This document shows positions 47,358-55,820 of a stretch of DNA of 62,470 bases, piece after piece; the stretch's first letter is position 1; every line of letters starts with the position of its first letter. The notes below the pieces were generated by a model, which was not told the origin of the DNA, searched no databases, and saw only the letters and a list, made by a program, of their open reading frames with translations. This stretch comes from an uncultured Fibrobacterota bacterium (GTDB taxonomy: Bacteria > Fibrobacterota > CAYVZU01). The stretch spans positions 1 to 62,470 of the forward strand of contig CAYVZU010000009.1 of the NCBI GenBank assembly GCA_964455935.1, in the 5' to 3' direction. A program made the translations under genes and the position numbers.

Positions 47358-48035
47358 TTACGCGACGGCGACCGGCGCGCGCTTGGAGGCCTGCGTTCTT
47401 GCGTCTTGACTCACCAAAGACCGCTCGTATTCGGCAATTTCCGGGTTGAGCAGCTTCGAAGCCACGAAAGGCTGGAAAATATGCGCCTTGTCGGCCATCC
47501 ACTCCACAATCTCTTCGAGATCGCGCAGCCTAAGAAGTGAGCGCACCACGGTGGTGCGGAACTGATAAGGCACTCCGGACTGGCGGATGAGATCGACGCT
47601 GCGGCTTATGCGGCCATTGTCAATGGGTGCACAGACGACCTGTGAATAGATTTCGAGGGGCGCCTTGATGTCCATCGCGATAAAGTCGAGCAGCTTGAGT
47701 TCAATCGCCTTTTCCAGGATTTCGGGGTGGGAGCCGTTGGTGTCCAGCTTGACCAGAAAGTTCATATTCTTCAGGCGCTGGAGAAACTTGATCAGGCTAG
47801 GCTGAAGCGTGGGTTCTCCGCCCGTAACCGTGACGCCGTCCAGCTTTCCCTCGCGCCGGCCCAGAAATTCCAGCACGTCCTCCTCGGGTATGGACTCAAA
47901 GAACAACTCGGGTTTTACCAATTCGGGATTGTGGCAATAGGGGCAGCGGAAATTGCACCCCTGGGTGAAGACGACGGCGCACGTCCTGCCCGGATAGTCG
48001 ATCAACGAAAATTTCTGAAAACCGCCGATTCTCAT
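47358..48035 (-). CDS. nrdG: Anaerobic ribonucleotide reductase activating radical SAM enzyme
   Basis: SLIDYPG, CNFRCPYCHN, TGGEPT, KLDTNG. Directly downstream of nrdD. Confidence 0.93.
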   Translation of the reverse strand: MRIGGFQKFSLIDYPGRTCAVVFTQGCNFRCPYCHNPELVKPELFFESIPEEDVLEFLGRREGKLDGVTVTGGEPTLQPSLIKFLQRLKNMNFLVKLDTNGSHPEILEKAIELKLLDFIAMDIKAPLEIYSQVVCAPIDNGRISRSVDLIRQSGVPYQFRTTVVRSLLRLRDLEEIVEWMADKAHIFQPFVASKLLNPEIAEYERSLVSQDARTQASKRAPVAVA

Positions 48036-50185
48036 AGAGCCGATGACTCGTTTGCCGAAGTCAGATTATAAAGCCGCCGTTCCTTGAATTCCGCTTTTTT
48101 GCCCTTGTTCCATTGCGCAACAGGTCTTAGATATCCCACCACACGCGAATAGACCTCGCATTCGGTTTCGCATTTTGGACAGTTGGGATGCTCCCCGGCC
48201 ACATATCCGTGATTGGGACATACACTGAATGTCGGTGTGATGCTGAAGTATGGGAGCCGGTATGATTCACACACTTTGCGAACAAGAGATTTTACGGACG
48301 CGGGGTTCTCGATTCTCTCGCCCGTAAACAGATGCATCACGGTTCCCCCCGTGAACTTCGTCTGAATTTCATCTTGGAGGTCCAACGCTTCGAACACATC
48401 GTCGGTATAGTTGACCGGAAGCTGCGCCGAGTTGGTGTAGAAGGGCTCGGCGCCCTGGGTAACACCCTCTTCATTGCAGCAGAGCACGTGAGGATACTTT
48501 TCCTTATCCAACTTCGCCAACCGATACGAGGTGCCTTCCCCAGGAGTTGCCTCGAGATTATAGAAATTGCCGGTCTCTTCCTGGATCTGCACAAGCCTTT
48601 TGCGCAGGAAGTCCATTGTACGCAGCGCCAGGGCGCGCCCCTCGGCCGTGCCGATGTCCTTGCCGATCAGGTTGAGACAGGCCTCGTTCATGCCGATGAT
48701 TCCCACGGTGCTAAAGTGGTTCTTCCAGTATTGGCCTGTGCGAAGCTTCACGTTGCGCAGGTAGTATTTGGTGTAGGGATAGAAGTGCTCTTCCGTGAAT
48801 TGCTCCAGAACCTTGCGCTTGAGCTCCAGGCTATCCTTGGCCAGCTCCACCAGACGGTCCAGCCGCGCCAGAAGGTCGGTCTCATTCTGGGCCACGCCGC
48901 CCAGCCGCGGCAGGTTGATCGTAACAACGCCAATCGAGCCCGTAAGCGGGTTGGCGCCAAAGAGCCCGCCCCCGCGCTTCTGCAGTTCGCGGTTGTCCAA
49001 ACGCAGCCGGCAGCACATCGACCGGGCGTCTTCGGGCTTCATCTCGGAGTTGACGAAATTGGAGAAGTAGGGGATCCCGTATTTGGCTGTAGCCTTCCAG
49101 ATGAAGTCGAACTTGGGGTTGTCCCAATCGAAATCCCGGGTGATATTATACGTGGGAATGGGAAACGTGAAAACACGGCCCTTGGCGTCCCCCCGACCCA
49201 TCACTTCCAGAAAGGCGCGGTTGAGCATATCCATTTCGGTCTGGAACTCGCGATAGGTCTCTTTGCGGGCCTCGCCGCCAATGACCACGGCCTGGTCGGC
49301 ATAATTGGGCGACGGCGAAAGATCGAGCGTGATGTTGGTAAACGGCGTCTGAAATCCCACCCGTGTGGGAACGTTGATATTGAAGATGAACTCCTGAAGG
49401 GCCTGGGTTACTTCCTTCTGATCCAGGTGGTCGTAGCGGATGAACGGCGCCAACAGGGTGTCGAAACTGGAAAAGGCCTGGGCGCCCGCGGCTTCGCCCT
49501 GCAGCGTATAGAAAAAGTTGGTGATCTGGCCCAGCGCGGAACGGAAGTGCTTGGGCGGGCTGCTCTCGACCTTGCCCGAGACACCCTTGAAACCCTCGAC
49601 AAGCAGGTCCATCAGGTCCCAGCCCACGCAGTAAACCGAGAGCGAGTTGAGATCATGGATATGGAAGTCGCCGTCGCCATGGGCTTCGCGCACCTCGGGG
49701 GGATACACTTTACGCAGCCAGTACGTCTTGCTGACCTCGGAAGAGATGTAGTTATTGAGTCCTTGGAGCGAGAAAGTCATGTTGCTGTTTTCATTGACGC
49801 GCCAGTCCGATTTGTGCAGGTATTGGTCCACCAGGTCGATGCTGGCTTTGGCCGTAATCTCGCGCAGACGCGCATGCTGATCGCGATAGAGAATGTAGGC
49901 CTTGGCGGTCTTGGAGTAAGGAGAGGCGATTAAGATCTGCTCGACAATGTCCTGCAATTCTTCGACGGTTGGGGTGCGGTCCACGATGATCTGCTGGGCC
50001 AGGCCAATGGCGCGCATGCTCAGCATCCGGGCAACATCTTCGCCGTACTCGCCCGTTGCCAGGCCGGCTTTAAGGATCGCGCTGGTGATCTTTTTGGAAT
50101 TGAATGGTTCCTCGATGCCGTTGCGCTTGATAATTCTGGCAAACACCCCTGTCGCGGAGGTAATCATCGCTTTGGCTCCCTGCAT
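48032..50185 (-). CDS. nrdD: Class III anaerobic ribonucleoside-triphosphate reductase with ATP cone
   Basis: N-terminal ATP cone (IIKRNG...AKAYILYR), SMCCRL finger loop, CPNHG...CPKC Zn site, glycyl-radical motif SRVVGYL. Alternative start at 50167. Confidence 0.96.
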   Translation of the reverse strand: MQGAKAMITSATGVFARIIKRNGIEEPFNSKKITSAILKAGLATGEYGEDVARMLSMRAIGLAQQIIVDRTPTVEELQDIVEQILIASPYSKTAKAYILYRDQHARLREITAKASIDLVDQYLHKSDWRVNENSNMTFSLQGLNNYISSEVSKTYWLRKVYPPEVREAHGDGDFHIHDLNSLSVYCVGWDLMDLLVEGFKGVSGKVESSPPKHFRSALGQITNFFYTLQGEAAGAQAFSSFDTLLAPFIRYDHLDQKEVTQALQEFIFNINVPTRVGFQTPFTNITLDLSPSPNYADQAVVIGGEARKETYREFQTEMDMLNRAFLEVMGRGDAKGRVFTFPIPTYNITRDFDWDNPKFDFIWKATAKYGIPYFSNFVNSEMKPEDARSMCCRLRLDNRELQKRGGGLFGANPLTGSIGVVTINLPRLGGVAQNETDLLARLDRLVELAKDSLELKRKVLEQFTEEHFYPYTKYYLRNVKLRTGQYWKNHFSTVGIIGMNEACLNLIGKDIGTAEGRALALRTMDFLRKRLVQIQEETGNFYNLEATPGEGTSYRLAKLDKEKYPHVLCCNEEGVTQGAEPFYTNSAQLPVNYTDDVFEALDLQDEIQTKFTGGTVMHLFTGERIENPASVKSLVRKVCESYRLPYFSITPTFSVCPNHGYVAGEHPNCPKCETECEVYSRVVGYLRPVAQWNKGKKAEFKERRLYNLTSANESSAL

Positions 50186-50219
50186 GATTGGTTTTTTATT
50201 GAGGAAACATTAAATACAT

Positions 50220-50265
50220 CTACCATATATTGTGTGTCAAGCTTTTTGAGCGCCAAATATTTTGT
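50220..50265 (-). promoter_or_regulatory. Tandem NrdR boxes overlapping a sigma70-type promoter of nrdD
   Basis: Minus strand TTGAC-ACACAATATATGGTAG (box 50220-50235) and ACAAAATATTTGGCGC (50250-50265) fit the NrdR consensus acaCwAtATaTwGtg. Confidence 0.75.
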
Positions 50266-50484
50266 TGTGCCGACAATACTTCCTTTTCCAACCCAGGTTG
50301 GCGTAAGCATTGGGGTTTTGCACATACAATTTAGCATATTTGCAGAGAAGCGGTTTTTGCACCATAAGAGGCATGAATGTTTGAAGTTACGCTGATTGCT
50401 TGAGCGGTTTAGTAGATGAAGGCTGTAACGGCTGAGTTTATCTTGTGTTACGATATGCCGGGCATCCATTACTCACAAATATAA

Positions 50485-50505
50485 ATACCAGATTTGGTAT
50501 GTCAA
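50485..50505 (-). promoter_or_regulatory. Upstream NrdR-like palindrome next to a second -35 element
   Basis: Minus strand TTGAC-ATACCAAATCTGGTAT-TTATATT, the same geometry as the proximal site. Confidence 0.5.
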
Positions 50506-50559
50506 ATCTTTTTTGGTCCGAGCCCTTGCGGGTAAACCATAGCGGGCCACCACCGGTTG

Positions 50560-50634
50560 CGTTGACAAAATGCGAATGAATGAAGCGGCCTGTTTTTCAT
50601 TGGATTTCATGGAGAGATTCGCGTTTTGTCAACG
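50560..50634. repeat. 75-bp element bounded by 18-bp inverted repeats
   Basis: CGTTGACAAAATGCGAAT ... ATTCGCGTTTTGTCAACG (17/18 match). Confidence 0.65.
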
Positions 50635-50719
50635 AGACATTGTCCCCGGAGCGGGGCTTCGGGTAATTATTAATTATTAATTATCAATTACCAATTGATA
50701 ATTGATAACCGGGAGCCGG

Positions 50720-52078
50720 TCACCGATCCGCGATCGTGGCCATCAGTTCGGCTTCGCAGGTCATTTCGTCACCCACATAGGATTTTGCGGCCATGCGAAC
50801 AATCTTGCCTTTAAACCGGACCAGTTCCACTTCCAGGCGAAGCTGATCGCCCGGCACCACGGGGCGACGGAATTTGGCGTTGTCGATGCTCATGAAGTAG
50901 ACGGCCTGCGGGCGCTGGCCTTCGTCGAGGGACTTGAGCGCAAGAAGCCCGCCGGCCTGCGCAAGGGCTTCGATCTGCAAGACGCCCGGCATGATGGGAT
51001 AGGCGGGAAAATGTCCGTTAAAATAGGGTTCGTTGACCGTGACATTCTTGATGGCGACAATCTTCTTCCTGGGCACGAGTTCGAGCACCCGGTCCACGAG
51101 AAGAAATGGATAGCGATGGGGCAGCGCATCGCGGATGGCGTTGACATCGATGCCGCTGGCGCTCGCTTTAAGACGGCTGTGCTCTTTTCGGATGAGCTTG
51201 GCCATCTCGATGTTGGCCGCATGGCCGGTGCGCGCGCCCAGCACATGCGCCTTCAGCGGGGCGCCCAACAGATAAAGATCGCCGATCAGATCCAGAGCTT
51301 TGTGCCGGCATAGTTCGTTGGGATAGCGCAGGGCCGTGTTGTTGAGAAATCCATTCTCGCCCCAAAAAATCTCGCGCTGATTGAAAAGTTTCTGGATGGT
51401 TTCGAGCAATTCGTCGCTGCGGGGAATATCCTGCACCACAATGGCGCTGTCGAGCGTACCGCCCTTGATCATGCCGGCCTCGCGCAGCTTCAGAACCTCC
51501 GAAAGAAAGCAGAACGTCCGGGCCCGGGCATATTCTTTTTCGAACTCACCCTTGAGATCGAACAGGGTCGTGTGCTGTGCGCCCAAGGCCGGATGCTGAT
51601 AGTCGATCATGAGGGTGAGGTGAAAACGATCGGATGGGAAGGCCGAAAGCGCCACATTCCCTTTCTCATAAAGAAAGGGATCCTTGAGTGTGAGATAGCG
51701 CCGCGATTGCGCCTGCTCGACGATTCCGGCCTGGCCAATCAGGTCAAGAAACGGCAATGCGCTGCCGTCGCCCAGCGGGATCTCGTTTGTATCGACCTCG
51801 ATAAGGGCATTGTCGATTTGCATGCCGGCCATGGCGGCCATCACATGCTCGACCGAGTAGACCAGCGCGCCGTCACGGCCCAAGCAGGTCCCGCGCTGCA
51901 AATCGGTGACAAAATCAATGTCGGCCGGAATGACAGGCTGCCCAGGGAGATCGACCCGCTTGAATTGGATACCGTGGTTTTCGGGGGCCGGTTTCAGACG
52001 GACCGTTGATGAATTTCCGGTGTGCAGTCCCACGCCGCTGAAGCCGGCTTCTTTGGCAATGGTTCGTTGACGGTCCAT
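50720..52078 (-). CDS. lpxC: Bifunctional LpxC deacetylase / FabZ dehydratase
   Basis: QRTI...GVGLHTG, SVEH, ARTF, RHKALDLIGDL fused to LPHRYPFLLVD...FNGHFP...MPGVL. ATG 52078 with RBS ggag. Confidence 0.96.
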   Translation of the reverse strand: MDRQRTIAKEAGFSGVGLHTGNSSTVRLKPAPENHGIQFKRVDLPGQPVIPADIDFVTDLQRGTCLGRDGALVYSVEHVMAAMAGMQIDNALIEVDTNEIPLGDGSALPFLDLIGQAGIVEQAQSRRYLTLKDPFLYEKGNVALSAFPSDRFHLTLMIDYQHPALGAQHTTLFDLKGEFEKEYARARTFCFLSEVLKLREAGMIKGGTLDSAIVVQDIPRSDELLETIQKLFNQREIFWGENGFLNNTALRYPNELCRHKALDLIGDLYLLGAPLKAHVLGARTGHAANIEMAKLIRKEHSRLKASASGIDVNAIRDALPHRYPFLLVDRVLELVPRKKIVAIKNVTVNEPYFNGHFPAYPIMPGVLQIEALAQAGGLLALKSLDEGQRPQAVYFMSIDNAKFRRPVVPGDQLRLEVELVRFKGKIVRMAAKSYVGDEMTCEAELMATIADR

Positions 52079-52109
52079 TTTATTCTCCCTGATAAAAAAG
52101 CAAGTATTT

Positions 52110-52271
52110 ACCACAGAGACACAGAGAACACCGAGAAAAACTATTTACCAGAACCATTGGCGGATCCCTGCAACTCCAGCTCCAGCGTCTTGTAAACCTC
52201 GATGGCAGATCTAAGAATCTGCTCCGTTATTTTTTTCGATCCCATCTCTGTGCCCTCTGTGCCTCTGTGGT
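52110..52271 (-). mobile_element. CCACAGAG-repeat-bounded mini element carrying a collapsed GxxExxY-like ORF (52141-52245)
   Basis: 27-bp inverted repeats built of 9-mers (ACCACAGAGACACAGAGAACACCGAGA). The internal ORF MGSKKITEQILRSAIEVYKTLELELQG resembles a GxxExxY N-terminus with the core deleted. Confidence 0.65.
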
Positions 52272-52280
52272 GAGCAGCTG

Positions 52281-53291
52281 CTATTTTTCCGGCTGTCTGC
52301 TTTCCAAAGCGCGAATGCGCTCGATCCATTTTGGCAGGGTGTGCAGCAGCGCCTCGATTTTGCGAACCGAGACCAGATCGCGCGCAGGAGTGCCCGTCAC
52401 CACGGCTTTAGCCGGAACGGATTTCGAAACGCCCGCCTGTGCTCCAATAAACGCGCCGTCGCCAATTTCCAAGTGCCCGGCCAGGCCCACCTGGCCGGCG
52501 ATTTTCACATGGCTCCCCACGCGCACGCTGCCGGAAATCCCGGTTTGAGCCGCAATTGCCGAGTGTTCGCCAATTTCAACGTTGTGCGCCACATGAATCA
52601 GGTTGTCCAGTTTCACGCCGTCGCGCAGGATCGTGGGCCCCAATGCCCCCCGATCGATGCAGGTGTTGGCGCCGATTTCCACATCGTGGCCGATCTCAAC
52701 CCAGCCCAGCTGCCGGATTTTTGTGTACCGGCCTTCTTTTTCGGCAAACCCAAACCCGTCGCTGCCAATCACGGCGCCCGGGTGCAAGATAGCGCGATCC
52801 CCGATTTTGCAGTTTCGCCGTATCACGACATGCGGGTAGATGCGACAATCTTTGCCAATCGAGACATTCTCCTCCACTATCACGGAGGCATCCAGGATCG
52901 TGTTTTCGCCGATGCACACATTGGGCCCGATTGCGCAGTGCGGCCCAACGGTCAAACCGGAAGGCGGCTGAAAAGAGGGATGGACAACGGCGCTGGGATG
53001 AATACCCGGAGCGGGCCTTTTCTCGTCGTCAAAGAGCTCCGTGGCTCTGGCAAAGGCCCAGTAGGGGTCGTCCACCTCGATACGATTGGCGGGCCCTCCC
53101 AAGACGCCGGACGCAATGAGGACCGCGCCCGCTCGGGTGGAAGCCAGCTCCTTCTGCCGCCTGGAATCCGCTAGAAAACTAAGGTGCCGGGGACCGGCCT
53201 TGTCCAGCGGAGCAAGCGTTTCCACGGCGTAGGACGAATCGCCTTTGAGCTCTCCATGGACATGTCGCGCAATTTCGGACAGGGTCAGCAA
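52281..53291 (-). CDS. lpxD: UDP-3-O-(3-hydroxyacyl)glucosamine N-acyltransferase
   Basis: LSFL, DDPYWAFA, hexapeptide repeats, IGSDGFG, EIGANTCIDRG, DNLIHVAHN. TTG start at 53291 with RBS aagggg. Confidence 0.95.
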   Translation of the reverse strand: MLTLSEIARHVHGELKGDSSYAVETLAPLDKAGPRHLSFLADSRRQKELASTRAGAVLIASGVLGGPANRIEVDDPYWAFARATELFDDEKRPAPGIHPSAVVHPSFQPPSGLTVGPHCAIGPNVCIGENTILDASVIVEENVSIGKDCRIYPHVVIRRNCKIGDRAILHPGAVIGSDGFGFAEKEGRYTKIRQLGWVEIGHDVEIGANTCIDRGALGPTILRDGVKLDNLIHVAHNVEIGEHSAIAAQTGISGSVRVGSHVKIAGQVGLAGHLEIGDGAFIGAQAGVSKSVPAKAVVTGTPARDLVSVRKIEALLHTLPKWIERIRALESRQPEK

Positions 53292-53655
53292 ATGGGCGCC
53301 CCTTTGATCGGTGAATGGAGAGAAAAGATAATTTATCTCTCCGAACGGGGACAGCATTGTCCGGCAGAAGGGCGATCGCCACAAGGGGGCAGGAAATGGT
53401 AATGGTTGCTCAGCGAAGTCCACACGCGGATGCCATATCTTTTTTAGCGGACAGCAAGCAGGCTTGGATAAGTGGTTTGGTTCTGCATCCTCAGGCGTGC
53501 GCTATTGGCATTAACTAGCTCCGACACTGAGATATGTTGACAAAACAGTCCTGCGCCCTTATTTTTTCTTTACAGAGTGATTCCATTCTTCTTCCTGTTA
53601 CGGCGCAATACGATTCCATGGCTGGAATTGAAGCGGTAAACATTTAGGGGGTACC

Positions 53656-54987
53656 ATGGCGCACAATTGGATTGGCGCAACCTTATGCCTGGCCGGGCTT
53701 GCTTTCCATCAGGCCCGGGCACAGATTGTTTTCTCCAATGGCTTTGAGGGTTCTGCCCAGGAAGTAACCGACGCTTGGGGTTCCGCCAATGCGGCCAACT
53801 GGCGTATTGCGGATCCGGGCCCTTTTAATACTCCGGGGAATCGCGTATTGAAATTGACGATCCCGGCTGGTCAAATGGGCGCCACCATGCTGGTTAAAAC
53901 CGTGGCCGGCTACGACAGACTCTATGCCCGCTGGTACATGAAATTTCCGGATGGCTATAATTTTAACGACGATGCTCGCCACGGAAGCTGGTTTGGCGTG
54001 GGGACAATCGGCAAGGCAGGCAATATTCCCTCCGCCGACAATAGCTTTTATTATTCCGTGGAGCCCAGCAACCAGGGCAAGATGTACATTTATGCCTACT
54101 ACGCGGGCATGGCCTGCTCCAATCCGCCGCCCCCTGGTCCCACCTGCTGGGGTAGCATTTTCCAGGATGCCGGAAGGCCGGCCGTAACCATAGGCAAATG
54201 GTTTTGCCTGGAGATTATGATCAATGCAGGCACTCCCACCCCCAGCGCAACCGGCGCGAATGGGGAATTTGATCTATGGGTTGATAGCCTCCGGATTGGA
54301 CCCTGGGGCGGGCTCTGGCTGCGCTCTATTGCGTCCCTTAAGACCAATACTCTGCGGCTTGAAATTTATAACGAGCCCGCGCTCACGCATGATCTTTCGG
54401 TACTGTATGATGACGTGGTCATGTCGCAGCAGCGAATCGGACCTGTGGGCGGCCCAGGCGACACAGCCGTTCCGGCCGCGCCCAATAACCTGAAAGCTAC
54501 GGTGGTTTCGGCATCGCAAATTAATTTGACCTGGAAGGACAACTCGTATAACGAAAAAATGTTTATCATGGAAAAAAAGGTAAGTCCCACCGGCGCCTGG
54601 ACCAAATTCGATACGACCCAAACCAATATCAGCAGCGGTACTAGCAGCGGATTAGGGCCTTCACACACTTTTTACTACCGTGTTTTGGCACTTGGAAACA
54701 ACGGGAAATCGGGGTATTCGAACGTTGACAGCGCCACGACTCTTTCCACCGGAATGCAGATGGTACCGACGTCCCGGGCTCTTGGGAATATTCGCAGCCG
54801 GTGGGTTTTCGCCCCGGGCGGAGCCGGAAACAAATTGTCCTTTGTCAAAGAAGCGGGCGTATTGGAAGTCTACAACATTGCCGGCAGAAAAGTATGGCAG
54901 CATCGGCATACCGGCGCTTACGGCGACACACGCCCGGTTTATCTGCCCGCGGACCTGGAAGGCATATTGTACCTGAAATTCGAATAG
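53656..54987 (+). CDS. Secreted polysaccharide-lyase-like / ConA beta-sandwich protein with FN3 domain and T9SS-like tail
   Basis: Signal peptide ARA. LYARWYMKFP, GKWFCLEIMI...ANGEFDLWVD, YDDVVMS; FN3 (PAAPNNL...INLTWKDNS...YYRVLA); tail EVYNIAGRKV. Confidence 0.7.
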   Translation: MAHNWIGATLCLAGLAFHQARAQIVFSNGFEGSAQEVTDAWGSANAANWRIADPGPFNTPGNRVLKLTIPAGQMGATMLVKTVAGYDRLYARWYMKFPDGYNFNDDARHGSWFGVGTIGKAGNIPSADNSFYYSVEPSNQGKMYIYAYYAGMACSNPPPPGPTCWGSIFQDAGRPAVTIGKWFCLEIMINAGTPTPSATGANGEFDLWVDSLRIGPWGGLWLRSIASLKTNTLRLEIYNEPALTHDLSVLYDDVVMSQQRIGPVGGPGDTAVPAAPNNLKATVVSASQINLTWKDNSYNEKMFIMEKKVSPTGAWTKFDTTQTNISSGTSSGLGPSHTFYYRVLALGNNGKSGYSNVDSATTLSTGMQMVPTSRALGNIRSRWVFAPGGAGNKLSFVKEAGVLEVYNIAGRKVWQHRHTGAYGDTRPVYLPADLEGILYLKFE

Positions 54988-55068
54988 CCGCATGCCGGGC
55001 CAAATCTGTGCCTCATAAAGCCGGTACCGCAAACATAGTCTCAGATTCCTTTTTGAGATGCGCTCTAC

Positions 55069-55101
55069 AAAAAAGGCCTTGCGGGTTGCGCAAGGCCTTT
55101 T
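55069..55101. terminator. Bidirectional Rho-independent terminator
   Basis: AAAAAAGGCCTTGCG-GGTTG-CGCAAGGCCTTTT between convergent genes. Confidence 0.85.
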
Positions 55102-55122
55102 GCGGAAAATATGGGGTCGGGT

Positions 55123-55638
55123 TTACTGCTGGTTGAGAAGCTTCAGCACCCGGTCGGTGAGATCGATTTTCTTGCTGGCGAAAATGATTCCGCCCATGCG
55201 GGAGTCGAGGACCAGATCGTAGTGCTCTTCGTCGGCAATCTTGTCGATGATCTTCTGGATTTTCTCGATGATGGGCTTCGTCATTTCCTCATTCTTTTTC
55301 ACCAGATCGCCCTCGCGGCCGTAATGCTTGGCAACATAACTCTCAAACTCGGCGGCCTTGGCTTTGATCTTGTCTTCCAGCTCCTTCTTCCGCTCCTTGG
55401 ACAGCAGCAGGCTCTGGCGTTCGAGCTGCTCTTTAAGTCCCTCGATTTCCTTTTTCATGTTCGTGGCCTGCTGCTGAATTCCAGCCGCCACCTTGTCGAA
55501 CTTTTCCTGGGCATCCTGCGTGCCCTTGAACTTGATGAAAATCTCTTCGGAATTGACATAGCCGATTTTCAGTTCGGCCCAGGCCGCGCCCGAAGCCAGG
55601 CCCACAATCACGAGCGCCCAGAGAAGTGGTTTACGCAT
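55123..55638 (-). CDS. skp: OmpH/Skp periplasmic chaperone
   Basis: Signal peptide, LKIGYVNSEEI, coiled coil, YDLVLD...IDLTDRVL. Downstream of bamA. Confidence 0.93.
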   Translation of the reverse strand: MRKPLLWALVIVGLASGAAWAELKIGYVNSEEIFIKFKGTQDAQEKFDKVAAGIQQQATNMKKEIEGLKEQLERQSLLLSKERKKELEDKIKAKAAEFESYVAKHYGREGDLVKKNEEMTKPIIEKIQKIIDKIADEEHYDLVLDSRMGGIIFASKKIDLTDRVLKLLNQQ

Positions 55639-55655
55639 GAATCCTCCTTTTTTAA

Positions 55656-55820
55656 CCTAAAGTCCGCGTTTGAACATGGATGAAGAGTGCCAAAAGCTTG
55701 GGATGACAGGGGACGCGCAACGACGACTGCGTATCGACAAGGTGATACGCCAAGGAGTTGCAAGGCCCATGTCGCGCAAGATTTTGGTGCTATTCGCCAT
55801 GATTCAAATGTGGATTTAGG
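55656..55820 (+). repeat. About 165-nt long imperfect hairpin element between bamA and skp
   Basis: CCTAAAGTCCGCGTTTGAA...TTCAAATGTGGATTTAGG outer stem, with inner stems CATGG/CCATG, CCAAAA/TTTTGG and GCGTATC/GATACGC. Confidence 0.7.

Noticed and set aside
48332-49933. 533-aa plus-strand ORF
   Set aside because: Lies wholly antisense to nrdD and is a typical codon-bias shadow.
50186-50719. Cobalamin riboswitch upstream of nrdD
   Set aside because: I could not find B12-box motifs. NrdR boxes explain the region.
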